Source: Squalus acanthias (Eukaryota). Taken from it: a stretch of 64,000 nucleotides of DNA. Positions 51,591 through 63,825 of the stretch are shown here, piece by piece; the first letter of the stretch is position 1; each line of letters opens with the position of its first letter. The notes beneath the pieces were generated by a model. That model was not told the origin of the DNA. It made no database searches and saw only the letters and a program-made list of their open reading frames with translations. Location: contig JASTWF010000351.1 in NCBI GenBank assembly GCA_030390025.1, positions 434,001-498,000 on the forward strand. The letters are read 5' to 3'. Both the position numbers and the translations under genes were made by a program.

Positions 51591-52070
51591 TAGCCTATCA
51601 AAATCCATCATTATCTTGTACACCTCCATCAAATCACCCCTCAACCTCCTTTGCTCTAATGAAAACAAATCCAGCTTCTCCAACCTGTCCTTGTAGCTAA
51701 GATCCCTCATCCCCGGGACCATTCTGGTAAATCTCCTCTGCAGTCTCGCAAGTGCCTTCACATCCTTTCTAATGTGCGGTGACCAGAACTTGACGCAATA
51801 CCCCAGTTGTGGCCTAACTGGCGCTTTATAAAGGTTCAGCATAACTTCTCTACTTTTGTACTCAATAGCTCTATTTATGAAGCCCAAGATCCCATATGCT
51901 TTGCTAACCACTCTCTCAAAATGTCCCCCCAGCTCAGGGACATATGCACATTAACACCCAGTTCCCTCTGTCCCTGCACACTCTTTAAAACTGTGCCATT
52001 AAGTGTATATTGCCTCTCCCTGTTCTTGCTGCCAAAATTCATCACCTCACACTTCTCTGTATTAAATTTT

Positions 52071-53310
52071 TCAGATTCTGGCATGTGAGTGTGGATTTTA
52101 TTCTGTATCTGTCAGTCTTTGTTGTGTGAGTGTGGCTTTATTCTGTATCTTTCAGTATCTGCTAAGTGAGTGGTGTTTTCATTTGTATCGTTCAGTGTCT
52201 GCTATGTGAGTGGGATTTTGTTCTGTATCTGTCAGTTTCGGTTATGAAATGTGGGTTTTAATCAGTCCCTGCCAGTTTCTGGTATGTGAGAGTGGGTTTA
52301 TCTCTGTATGTGTCAGTTTATGATATGTGAGTGTGTGTTTCCTTCGGTAAATCTTAGCTTCTTCTATGTAAGTATGGGTTTTACTCTCTCTCTTAGTCTC
52401 TGGCATGCGAGTGTGGTTTTTAATGTCTATCTCTTAATCTCTGGTATGTGATTGTGGATTTTACCCTGTACCTGTGAGTTTCTGGTGTGCGAGTATGGAT
52501 TTCACTCTGTACCTGTCAGTCTCTGGTATGTGAGTGTGGTTTTCCTCTGTATCATTCATGCTCTGGGATGTGAATACTACAACTTTCATTTCCTCGTATT
52601 TGAGTGGGATTTTATACGGTACCTATCAGTTTCTGGTGTGTGAGCCCTGGTTTTGCACTGCATCTGTCAATTTCAGTTATGTGAGAGTGGGTTTTAATCA
52701 GTACCTCTCAGTTTCTGGTATGTGAGTGTTTGTTTGACACTGTATCTGTCAGTGTCTTTTATGTGAGAATTGATTTCACTCTATAGTTGCCACTCTCTGG
52801 GATGGGAGTGCGAGTTTGACTCTGTATCTGTCAGTTTCTGATTTGTGTGTTTGGGATTTTTTTCTGCACCTGTCAGTTTCAAGTACGTGAATGTGGGTTT
52901 CATTCTGTATCTATCAGTTTCTCGTATGGAAGAGCTTTTAAACGTTTACACCTGCCTGTCTTTGCTATGTGAGTATGGGTTTTACTCTGTATCTGTCATT
53001 TTCTAATATGTGAATGTGTATTTTATTCAGTACCTGACAGTTTCTGGTATTTGTGAGTGAGTGTTACTCTCTAACTGTCAGGTTCCAATATGTGATTGTG
53101 TGTTTTAATAAGTACCTGCCAGTTTCTTGTACAGAAGTGTTGATTTTAGTCATATCTGCCTGTCTTTGTTATGTGAGTATATGTTTTACTCTGTATCTGC
53201 CAGGTAGTCATTCTGAGCTACCGTAAGTGACTGTGATTCTATCTCAATCTGTCATTCACTGTCTGAATGTATGACTCACTCTGTGTCTCTCAGTCTCTGG
53301 TACAGTTTGT
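52071..53310 (+). repeat. Degenerate ~41-bp satellite array
   Basis: Same consensus as the other arrays. Confidence 0.85.
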
Positions 53311-54430
53311 GAGTGTGGGATTGATTATGCATCTGTTACACTGGTAATGTGAGTGAGTGGGAGATTCATTATGTAATTGACCGTCTCTTGTACTGTACTA
53401 TTCTTGCTCTGTGTGAATGTTGGATTCTGTTCCTTCTCCACCTTGTGTAGGCCAATGCTAATATGAAATTATCTGTGACTGTCTCAGGAGGAGGTTTGCT
53501 TTAGTCTGTTACCTCCCATTCTCTAGTCTTGTATTTCAGTTGTTGGGTTTGATAGTCCGTGTACAGTCAGCAGTGTGGATTGACAGCGGATCAGTGTCTA
53601 TGTGTTTGAGAGTAAGGGAATGAAAATGGTTCTGCCTGTCAGTGCAATATGTTTGGACTTTGAAAGAACATCTTATTCTGCTGCTCCAAGTGACTGTGGG
53701 ATTCATAATGTAACTCTGGGTCACTGTGGGACTGACTGCTTCTGCTGCCTGTGATAATAAGATTGAGGCCAGTTCTGTGTCTCTGCGCTCTGTGAGTGAT
53801 AATGTACTTACTGTGTGTGAGAAGGAGCTGCCTGCACTGTTCCTTGTGTTCCAGGTGGAGAAAAGATCACCTTCATTTTGGCTCGTTGAAGTATTTTGCC
53901 ATGAGAATAATAATATGAGAACAGAATTAGTTATTAGATATGGACAGGTGCCGGTAGAATATAAAAATAAAGTTATAATTAATGTGTTTGTTTGTAATAA
54001 AGTTAAGTATCTGGAAAGAGAAAACTGTGATACAAACAGTGTCATAGTCTGACCTCACTGCAGTACAGCGGCACTCAGATTCTCCACACCAGGTGGGTAG
54101 GACGGTTCTATAGTAAGTTATCAGCATCCAGACACAACCCAAATCCAGCACTGGACCATGAATGGGTCAACCGATTGGCACAGTCCAGGTTTATATCTCC
54201 CATTACCATTGGACTACCTGTAAATATCTGAATCGTTTCATGGAATATAACAACTGGTTCCTGGGCTGTACACCATTGTTTTCAATCTGTTGAAACTAAG
54301 TTGAGGGCCTGTGTAGTTAACAGAATGTCCGGATCCTGATGGATCCGAGGGAGTGACAATGTATCTCCTTAAACACGGTTCTGGAGAACTGAACGCACCC
54401 AAACAAAATAACCAATTTTTGAAACGTGTT
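53310..54430 (+). repeat. Segmental-duplication block (partial copy of the cassette's left part)
   Basis: Colinear with ~55960-57600; partial matches at 1-200, 750-930, 33245-33512, 38408-38690 and 62790-63420. Confidence 0.88.
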
Positions 54431-54712
54431 CTTTCACAAGCCTCTCTATTCTCTGAATTAATGAATTCTGTCACTTCAATACTGTCATCAGGAGATCTGC
54501 AGAAAACTTCCATTTCCATTTGTAGTCCTCTCTTGTCCTCAATTCTAACCATGGATTCTTCATTGATTGCTTTCCCTTACTTATATCTTCTCTGACTAAG
54601 TCTTTAATGTTATATTTTTTCAATAAGGGGAACCCCTCCTCCGCTTCCAGTTGCCCTGTCCTTTCTAAAGTCTTTCTAACCTGGAATATTAAACACTCAA
54701 TCATGACATGAC
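54430..54712 (-). mobile_element. Ancient CR1 endonuclease-domain remnant
   Basis: Frameshifted resemblance to CR1 EN (LVREDI...WLELR...VFCRSP...REACE); duplicated at ~38690-38870 plus 42168-42300. Confidence 0.6.
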
Positions 54713-54988
54713 CGAGGGGCCATAGATTTATAGTAATTGGTAGAAGGATTCGCGGGGACTTGAGGAGAATTGTTATCACCCAGAACATGGTGGGGGTCTG
54801 GAATGCACTGCCTGAAATGTTGGTAGATGCAGAAAACCTCAGCATGTTAAAAAGTACTTGGATATGCACTTGAAGTGCTGTAACCTGCAAGGCTACGGAC
54901 CTAAAGCTAGAAAGTTGGATTAGGCGGGATAGCACTTTTCGGGCCGAAAGGCCTCCTTCTGTGCCATACAGTTCTATGATTCAATGAT
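54713..54988 (+). mobile_element. Old CR1 3' fragment
   Basis: RGHRFIVIGRRIRGDLRRIVITQNMVGVWNALP-like end of ORF2 and (ttctatga) tail. Confidence 0.85.
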
Positions 54989-56199
54989 CTGGTATGAAAG
55001 TGAGGGCTTTGTTCTGAAACTGTTAGTATCTGGTACGTGAGTGTGGGCTTAATTCTTTAGCTGTGTTGTCTGATATATGAGTTTGGATTTTACTCTTTAC
55101 CAGTCAATTCCTGATATATGATTATTTGTTTTCCTTTCTACCTGTCAATTTCTGCTATGGAAGAGAGGGGTTACTCTGAATCTGTAAGATTCTGTTATTT
55201 GAGCTTCATCTGTCTGTATCTGCGATGTGAGATTTGTTTCTTGCCCTACATTATCTTTCTGTTAGCCAAATGTGGGTTTTATTATGTGCCTTTCAGCTTC
55301 TAGTATGTGTGTGCGAGTTTCAATCTGTATCTGTCTGTCAATTGGATGTGAGTGTGCTTTTTTTCTTTTTAACTGTCAGTGTCTGATATGTGAGTATGGA
55401 ATTAATTCTGTATCTGTTTGTTTCTGGTATGTGCAGGTGGGTTGTAGTATGTACCTGCCAGTTTCTGTTATGTGAGTGAGGATTTTAATCAGTACCTACC
55501 AGTTTCTGGTATGTGAGTGTGTGTTTTACTTTATAGATGTCTGTCTCTGGGATGCGATTGTGGGTTTTAAACTGTATCTGTCAATCTCTGGGCTGTGATT
55601 AGGGCTTTGCTCTTTGCCTGACAGTTTCTGGGATGTGACCATGGGTTTGCTTCTGTACCTGTCAGTTTCTGGTATGCTGGTTGGATTTTAGTATTTCACT
55701 GTCAGTCTCTGCGATGTGAGTTTGGGCTTTTTCCATACCTGTCAGTCTCTGACAAATACAGAGTAAAGCCCATACTCATATCTCAGTTACTGATGTGTGA
55801 GTGTTGATGTTACTCTGTACCTGTCGTGTCAGTCTCAGGTACTGTAAGTGATTGTGATTCTTCTCAATCTATTATTCTCTGTGTCTCTCGGTCTCTGGTA
55901 CTGATTGTGATTGTGGGTTTAATTCTGTAGCTTGTAAGTTTCTGCTACTTCTTGCGAGTGTGGGATTGATTATGTATCTGTTAGATTTGGAATGTATGTC
56001 AGTGGAATATTCATTATGTCATTGACAGTCTCTTGTACTATACTATTCTTGCTCTTTCTGACTGTTGTATTCCATTCCTTCTCCACATTGTGTAGGCCAA
56101 TGCTAGTTTGAGATTATCTGTGACTGTCTCAGGAGGAGGTTTGGTTCAGTCCATTACCTCCGACTCTCTTGTCTTGTATGGTAGTTGTTGGGTTTGATA

Positions 56200-56700
56200 G
56201 TCATTGCACTAGAGAGGGTACAGAGGAGATTTACAAGGATGTTGCCGGGAGTCGAGAAGCTTTGCTATGAGGAAAGACTGGGTAGGCTGTGTCTGTTTTC
56301 TTTGTACCAGAGGAGTCTGAGGGGAGACCTTATTGAGGTCTATAAAATTATGGGGGGCATAAAGTGGATAGAAAGAACCTATTTCCCTTAGCAGAAAGGT
56401 CAAAAACCAGGGGGCACAGATTTAAAGTAATTGGGGGAAGGTTAAGAGGAGATTTGAGGGGAAATTTCTTCACCCAGAGCACTGTGGGGGTCTGGAACTC
56501 ACTGCCTGAAAGGGTGGTAGAGGCAGGAACCCTAACCACATTTAAAAAGTACTTGGATGTGCACTTGGGATGCTCTAACCTGCAGGTCTACGGACCAAGA
56601 GCTGGGAAGTGGGATTAGGCTGGATAGCTCTTTGTTGGCCGGCGCGGACACGATGTGCCGAAATGGCCTCCTTCCATGCTGTAAATTTCTATGATTCTAT
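56200..56700 (+). mobile_element. CR1 3' fragment inserted into the cassette
   Basis: IALERVQRRFTRMLPG...FFTQSTVGVWNSLP; similar to ~19130-19630; absent from the paralogous sites at ~33487 and ~53557. Confidence 0.92.
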
Positions 56701-58142
56701 ACAGCCAGCAGCAGGCATTGACTCCATATCAGTGTCTATCTGTTCGTGTGTGTGAGTGAGGGAGTGAAAGTGGATCTGCCTGTCAGTGCCATATGTTTGG
56801 ACATTGAAACAACATTTATTCTACTGCTGCAAGTGACTGTGGGATTTATAATGTAACTCCGGGAATTCGGATCACTGTGAGACTGACTGCTTCTGCTACC
56901 TCTGATAATAGGATTGAGGACAGTTCTGAGTCTCTGCGCTCTGTGAGTGATAATGTACTTACTGTGTGTGAGAGGGAGCTGCCTGCACTGTTCCTTGTGT
57001 TCCGGGTGGAGGAAAAATTGCGTTTATTCTGGCTCGTTGAAGTATTTTGCTACGAGAATAATAAGAGAACAATATTCGTCATAATATATGGGCAGGTGCC
57101 GGTGGAATATAAAAATAAAGTTAGAATTAACATGTATGTTTATAATAAATTAAAATATCTGGAGACGGGCAAACGCGATACAAACAGTTACATAGTCTGA
57201 CCTCACTGCAGTACAACGGCACTCAGATTCTCCACACCAGGTGTGTAGGACGGTTCTATATCAAGTTATCAGCATCAAGACAAAACCCAAACCCAGCACT
57301 GGACCATGAATGGAACCACCCGATTGGCACAGTCCAGGTTTATATCTCCCACTCCCATGGGAATAAATATAAAATTTTGGCTCGCTTCTTGGAATATAAC
57401 CACAGGCAAATGGTCTGTACAAACAATTGTTTTCAGTCTATTGAAAGCGAGTTGAGGGCCTGTGTAGTTAACAGACTGTCACAGAACTCGGATCCTGATG
57501 TATCTGGAGGAGCGACAATGTATCTCTCGATCACCAGCAACACGGTTCTGGAGAACACAACGCACCGAAACAAAATAGCCGATTTTTAAAATGTGTTATT
57601 TCACACTTTTCTCCTGCTGCCTGCAATAGATGCATTTTGTGAAACTGCTCACATCCTCACAGTCAGGCTGTGTTTCCACTGTTCACTGTCCTAGAACAAC
57701 AAACACGGTGAGACTGGAACCGATTCAGGAGCATTCACTACTGATTTGGGGGACGAAAGCAGCAATGATTTGAAAGAGCGAGGTGATTTACTTTCTATGT
57801 TATCTAACACTGTACAAACACAGCCAGAGAATGGCCTCCCCCTTCCCCCACTCAATCCATGCTCCGGAACCAGTTCCTGCTCCACTGAGGCTCTTTCAAA
57901 CAGTCCCCGGCTGCCGCTGAACTTACGCCGACTCAATGCCCATCTGTGGAGACAAACCCAGTGCGATTTGCTGATTAATCGGGCCCGTGATATTTCCGCT
58001 CCCCGATGTGTACAACGATCATCAGCCGAGCACAGAGGAAACGGCACCCGCTGGCAGAGCTGGGGGAGGAGAGCAGATTGGGCCCTTCCTGTCGGTTGAA
58101 CACTGTGCGGGGAAAGGGGGAGGAGCTGAAGCGTGAAAGCTG

Positions 58143-58261
58143 GAGGCGGAGCTGAAGCTCAGAGGACGCTGTCTCTGCTCTGTCTGTCACTCTGATTCTG
58201 TCTCTTCCCAACCTCTCTCACACTCTGCCTTTCTCAAACAGATCCGGGCTGGCTTCATAAA
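58143..58261 (+). promoter_or_regulatory. H4-type promoter remnant
   Basis: GC-box-like GAGGCGGAGC (58143-58152); TTTCTCAAACAGATCC (58230-58245), resembling the vertebrate H4 site II TTTCAATCxGGTCC; CATAAA (58256-58261) in the TATA position. Confidence 0.55.
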
Positions 58262-58316
58262 TTCAACTGGACGGCGAGAGTTTATCCTTCAGTTTATATT
58301 CCTGTGAGGAATCGTC

Positions 58317-58424
58317 ATGTCTGGAAGAGTTAAAGGACGCAAAGGACTGGGAAAAGGCGGAGCAAAGCGCCACCGTAAAGTGCTTAGTGACAACATCCAG
58401 GGCACCAAACAAAGGCTCTTCTAA
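58317..58424 (+). CDS. H4: 35-aa H4 N-terminal-tail-only micro-ORF (copy C); function unproven, may be a pseudogene
   Basis: ATG TCT GGA AGA...CTC TTC TAA = [35 protein letters not shown]. Shorter than any ORF in the supplied track. Confidence 0.5.
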   Translation: MSGRVKGRKGLGKGGAKRHRKVLSDNIQGTKQRLF

Positions 58425-58455
58425 GAGCCACCCACCGCCTCAGAGGGAGAGCAGC
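58409..58455 (+). terminator. Perfect histone stem-loop and HDE of the H4 micro-ORF
   Basis: ACAAA-GGCTCTTCTAAGAGCC-ACCCA (stem-loop 58414-58429), then purine-rich AGAGGGAGAGC. Confidence 0.9.
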
Positions 58456-59096
58456 GACCTTGGACCGGGAGCGGGGATATATTGGGATTGGGAATAGCTT
58501 CAGATTTATAATGATTATGGGGTACAAATGTCTCTTTGGCCCGGAACCTGTATTCTCCCCTCACGGTGAAAAGCTCTTTTAGTCTTCCTGGGTGTCCATC
58601 CGCTCAGTGTTCTGTTTTCATTCAGCTTTTCTATATCAGACAGATGGTGTGACGGGGAACCGGAGCTTTTCACGTCACAATAGGTTAAGCCGAGCTGCTG
58701 TGACAAGAGGCCAATTTGTGAGATTATTCTCCTTCTGAAGTTTGCTTCCTGCACAGATACTGTCGGTGATTGTGAAATTCAAGGGTTTCAGTAAAGTCAT
58801 TGGATGGACTGTAATGTTCTAACTGTCGGAGCCTGAGACTACTTCGGATTGGTCGCTTGATTGGAATCCCATTTCCTTAACAGAACTAACTCTTGGCCTC
58901 AATTGAACAATTTTTAAACCAAGTTTGAAACATTCCACCAAATTCAAATTAAGAAAGTGATGTATTTATAATGATTAAATTCGACAGTGACAGACATTAA
59001 AATGGGGCAGTTTCACAAATGTTTTGATAATTTCCTCACAGATTGATAGGACGTTAGCTGGAATGAATAAACTGACGAAATCAGTGCATTAAACTG

Positions 59097-59350
59097 GCGG
59101 CTCCTTCAGAGAGGCTGTGGGTGGCTCTTAAAAGAGCCGTTGTGTGTTCTCTGTATTTGTCAGTAAATTCTGGTGTTTTACTTGGAGCTGGCATACTAGG
59201 TCACCCCGTGCTTGGCCAGCTCCCCGACACCACCAGGCTCACGGCGGTCTGGATGTGTGTACATTATCCGCACACTCCAAACTATTAGAGGTTGGTGCCA
59301 TCTCTTGGCTGAAAGCGAGTGCTTCAACAAGTGACAATCATTCAGCAAAA
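59097..59350 (-). pseudogene. H2B: Chimeric H2B C-terminal fragment with perfect stem-loop, copy C
   Basis: H2B homology 59254->59178 (IQTAVSLV, frameshift, GELAKHGVT*YASSK*); GGCTCTTTTAAGAGCC-ACCCA at 59123-59138; HDE-like GAAGGAG. Confidence 0.88.
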
Positions 59351-59654
59351 AACATTTTAAATTCGGCAGAGATCCCTGGTGTCTGAGAGTGTGTTTTACT
59401 CTGTATCTGTCCATCTCTGGTACGGGAATGTGGGTTCTGCTCTATACCCATCGTTCTCCAGTATGTTAGTATCGTTTTATTCTTTACCAGTCAATTTCTG
59501 ATATGATTATTCGTTTTACTTTCTACCTGTCATGTTCTGATATGTGTGTGTGGTTCTTCCTCTATACCTGCCAGTTTCTGCTTAATAGGGATTAGGTTTT
59601 CCTTTGTACCTGTCGGTTGCTTGTATGGAAGAAATGTTTTCACGCTGTAGCTTC

Positions 59655-60282
59655 ATAAGAACATATGACGTAGGAGCAGGAGTAGGTCATTTGGACCCTC
59701 GAGCCTGCTCCGCCATTCAATAAGATCATGGCTGATCTGATCTTGGCCTCAACTCCACTTCCCTGCCCGCTCCCCATAACCCTTCACTCCATTTACTTTC
59801 AAAAATCTGTCTATCTCCAACTTGAATCTATTCAATGACCCAGCCTCCACAGCTGTCTTGGGAAGAGAATTCCAAAGATTCACGAGCCTCAGAGAAAAAA
59901 ATCATCCACATTTCCGATTTAAAACTGTTTCCCCTTATTCTGAATTTATGCCCCCTAGTTCTAGATTCCCCCACGAGGGGAAACATCATCTCTGCATCTA
60001 CCCTGTGAAGCCCCTTCAGAATCTTATATATTTCAATACGATCCCCTCTCATTCTGCTAAACTACAATGTGTATACGCCCAACCTGCTCAACCTTTCTTC
60101 GTAAGACAAACACTTTATCTCAGGAATCAACCTCGTGAACCTTCTCTGAACTGCCTCCAATGCAAGTATATCCTTCCTTAAATAAGGAGACCAAAACTGT
60201 ACGCAGTAATCCAGGTGTGGTCTCAGTTGTAACAGGACTTCCCTACATTTATACTCCATTCCCTTTGCAATAAAGGCCACAT
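59655..60282 (-). mobile_element. CR1 3' fragment, degenerate
   Basis: AFIAKGMEYK...RPHLDYCVQFWSP...MRGDRIEIYKIL and CR1 3' UTR. Confidence 0.92.
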
Positions 60283-62750
60283 TACTGATAAGTGAGTATT
60301 TACTTTCTATCTGTCAGTATCTGTTATGGGAGTGTGGGTTTTACTCTGAATCTATCAGTCTCTGGTACATGAATGTGGGTTCTGTTATCTACCCGTCATT
60401 TACTGAAATGTAAATCTGACTTTTATCCTGTGCTTCTCAGTTTCTGGTATTTGAGTGTAGGTTTTACTCTGTACCTGTTAGTTTCTGGTATGTGAGTGTG
60501 GGTTTGTTTTGTACCTATCAGTTTCTGGTATGTGAGTTTGGGTTTTACGCTGTACCTGTCAGGTTCTGGTATATGAGTAAGGGCTTTAATCATTACCTGC
60601 CAGTTTCTGATATGGGACTGTGGATTTAAGTCAGTATCTGTCAGTTTCTTTTACGTGACTATTGATTTTACTCTATAACTCTCAGTCTCTGGTATGCTAT
60701 TATTGGGCTTACACCATGGCAGTCAGTTTCTGATACATGAGTGTGTGTTTTCCTTTCTACCTATCATTTTCTGCTATGGAGGAGAGCGGTTTATTCTGTA
60801 ACTATCAGTGTCTGGTACATGAGCGTGGTTTTAGTCTTTATCTGTCAGTCTCTGCTGTGTGAGTATGGGCTTTGCATTTCGGTTTCTGCTTTGAAAGATT
60901 GGGTAAAAAAGTAACTATCAATCTCTGGTATCTGAGTGTGGTTTTAGTCTGTATCAGTCAGTCTCTGGTGTGTGAATGTGGATTTTACTCTCTACCTGTC
61001 ACTCTCTGGGATGTGAGTGTGGCTTTCACTCTGTACCTGTCAGTTTCTGGTATATGTGTTTGGTTTATCTGTACCTTTCAATCTTTGATATGTGAGTGTG
61101 ACTTTTACTCTCTATCAATTTCTGGTAGGTGAGTGTGGAGTTTTGTCTGTATCTGTCAGTTTCTGGGATTTGAGTGGGATTTCATGTCCTCTGAGGTGAA
61201 TGTGGATTTTACTCTATTGTCAGTTTCTGATATGTGAGTCGGGTTTTGTGCTGTACCTGTCAGTTACTGGTATGTGAGTGTTTTTTTTCCCCTCTACCTG
61301 CCAGCTTCAGGTATGTTAGTAGTGTTTTGTTCTGTACATGTCAGTTTCTGGTATGTGAGTGGGGTATTGTCCTGTACCTGTCAGTTTCTGACATGTGAGT
61401 GGGGTTATATCCTGTACCTGTCAGTTTCTGGGCTGAGTGTGGTTTGGTCCTGTACCTGTCAGTTTCTGCTATGTGAGTGGGATTTTGTCCTGTAACTGTC
61501 AGTTTCTGTTATGTGAGTGGATTTTTATGCTTTAACTGTCAGCATTTGGTATGTGAGTGGGGTTTTGTCCTGTACCTTTCAAATTCTGATATGTGTGTTA
61601 GGTTTTGTCCTGAACCTGTAAGTTTCTTTTATGTGAGTGGGATTTTGTCCTGTACCTGTCTTTTTCTGATATGTGAATGGGGTTTTGCCCTGTAGCTGTC
61701 TATTTCTAGTCTTTGAGTGGGTTTTGTCCTGTACCTGTCAGTTTCTGGAATGTTAGTGGGGTTTTACGCTTTACCTGTTATTTTCTGATATGTGAGTTGT
61801 TTTTTGACCTGTACCTGTCAGTTTCTGGTATGTGAGTGGGGTTTTACGCTTTACCTGTTATTTTCTGATATGTGAGTTGTTTTTTGACCTGTACCTGTCA
61901 GTTTCTGGTATATGAGTCAGTTTTTGTTCTGTACCTATCATTTTCTGGTATGTAAGTGGAGTTTTGTCCTGTACCTGTCAGTTTCTGGTATGTGACTGGG
62001 GTTCTGTCCTGTACCTGTCAGTTTCTGGTATCTGTGTGGCATTTGTTCTGTACCTGTCAGATTATTGTATGTTAGTGTGGGTTTTGCGCTGTAGCTCTCA
62101 GTTTGTGTTATATGAGTAAAGGTTTTAATCAGAACAGTACCAGGCAGTACCTGGTAAGGGAGTGTATATTTTAGTCTATATCTGTCACTCTCTGGGATGT
62201 GAATGTGAGTTTTACTCTCTATCTGTCAGACTCTGGTATGTGAGTGTGGGTTATATTCTCTATCTGTCAGTTTCTGGTATGTGTGTGTTGGTTTTTTATG
62301 TATCTGTCTATCTCTATTCCATGAATGTGGATTTTACTCTGTGTCTGTCAGTCTCTGCTGTGTGAGTTTGTGTTTGACTCTATAGCTTTCAATCTCTGGG
62401 ATGTGGGAGTGGATATATTTCTGTAAATATCAGTCTCTGGAATGTGCATGCGGATTTATTTCTGTAACTGTCAGTTTCTGTTAAGTGAATGTGTATTTTA
62501 TTCAAGTGTGTGAGGGTGGATTTCACCCTGTATCTGTCAGTCTCTGAGATGCAAGTCTGGGTTATATCTGTATCTGTCAATTTCTGGTGAGCGACTGTGG
62601 ATTTCACTCTCTATCTCTCTGTATCTGGTATGTGAGTGTGCGTTTCTGTCTATCTGTCTGTGTTTAGTATGGGAGTGTGGGCTTTACTCTGTGACCTTCT
62701 ACCTCTGTTGTGTGAGTTTGGGTTTTCCTCTGTATCTGTCAGTCATCAAT
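60283..62750 (+). repeat. Degenerate satellite array with a ~40-bp variant block at ~61150-62070
   Basis: Variant unit gtcagtttctggtatgtgagtggggttttgtcctgtacct; near-exact 80-bp duplication at ~61755-61915. Confidence 0.88.
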
Positions 62751-63825
62751 CTGTTACAGTAAGTGATTGTGTTTCATTCTCAATCTGTCACTCTGTGAGT
62801 GATAATGTACTTACTGTGTGTGAGAAGGAGCAGCCTGCAATGCTCCTTTAGTTCAGGGTGGAGGAATGATCACATGTATTCTGGCTCATTGAAGTATTTT
62901 ACTACGAGAATAATAACATGAGAACAATATTAATTATAAGATATGGACAGCTGTGGGTAGAATATAAAAATAAATGTATAATTAATGTGTCTGTTTATAA
63001 TAAAGTAAAGTATCTGGCGAGAGGAAACTGCGATACAAACAGTGTCATTGTCTGACCTCAGTACAGAACAGCGGCACTCAGATTCTCCACACCAGGTGTG
63101 TAGGACGGTTCTATAGTAAGTTATCAGCATCCAGACACAACCCAAACCCAGCACTAGACCATGAATGGAACCACCCTATTGGCACAGTCCAGGTTTATAT
63201 CACCCATTCCCATGAGACTACCTGTAAATTACAAGGATCGCTTCCTGGAATATAACCACACTGGGCTGTACAACAATTGTTTTTAGTCGATTGAAACCGA
63301 GTTAAGGGCCTTAGTAGTTAACAGAATTCCACTGAACTCGGATCCTGACGATTCTGACGGAGCGAAAACAAATCTCTCGATCACCAGCAACACGGTTGTG
63401 GAGAACTCAACGCACCGATACAGCTGTACAACAATTGTTTCTCGTCTATTGAAACCGAGTTGAGGGCCGGAGTAGTTATCAGAAAGCCTCAGAACTCGAG
63501 AATGGCCTCCCCCTTTCCCCACTCACCCCATGTCCCAGAACTAGTTCCTCCTCCACTCTGCCTCTTTCAAAGAGTCCCCGACAGCCGCTGAATTTACTCC
63601 GACTCAAAGCCATTCTGCGGACACAGTCCCAGTGCGATGTGCTGCTGTGAGGAGGCTGCTCTTTGCTCCCTTCCTCGGGCCCGAGATATCTCCGCTCCCT
63701 GATGTGTTCAACGATCATCAGCCGAACACAGAGGAAACGGCACCCGCGGGCAGAGCTGGTGGAGGTGAGCTCGCATGGGCCCTTCCTGTCTGTTTAAACA
63801 CTGTGCGGGAAAGGGGGAGGAGCAG
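62750..63825 (+). repeat. Further partial copy of the segmental cassette
   Basis: Colinear with ~56940-57570 and ~57825-58125, with an internal deletion and a short duplication (63266-63325 versus 63424-63482). Confidence 0.85.

Larger units (their letters stand above)
45535..52070 (-). mobile_element. Old CR1 RT/3' fragment (45535-45874 plus ~51591-52070), outer layer of a triple nest
   Basis: ORF 51588-51911 ends ...DFDRL and ORF 45685-45876 resumes LDGERLFPL; TAGC is repeated at both junctions. Confidence 0.85.
55830..59375 (+). repeat. Most complete copy (C) of the ~3-kb segmental cassette carrying the H4-tail and H2B-fragment relics
   Basis: 57420-59375 is colinear with 750-2340 plus 5411-5790; 58372-59375 is colinear with 33517-34530. 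Confidence 0.9.

Noticed and set aside
54238..54935. ORFs 54238-54552 and 54471-54935 as host or viral genes
   Set aside because: Best explained as a frameshifted ancient CR1 endonuclease remnant plus antisense CR1 3' sequence; no viral hallmark motif recognised.
57195..57560. Possible Ig/TCR V-like exon on the minus strand (ttctccag acceptor, ...tactgcagtgagg)
   Set aside because: All three minus frames contain stops, there is no conserved Cys/Trp spacing, and no recombination signal heptamer/nonamer is seen.
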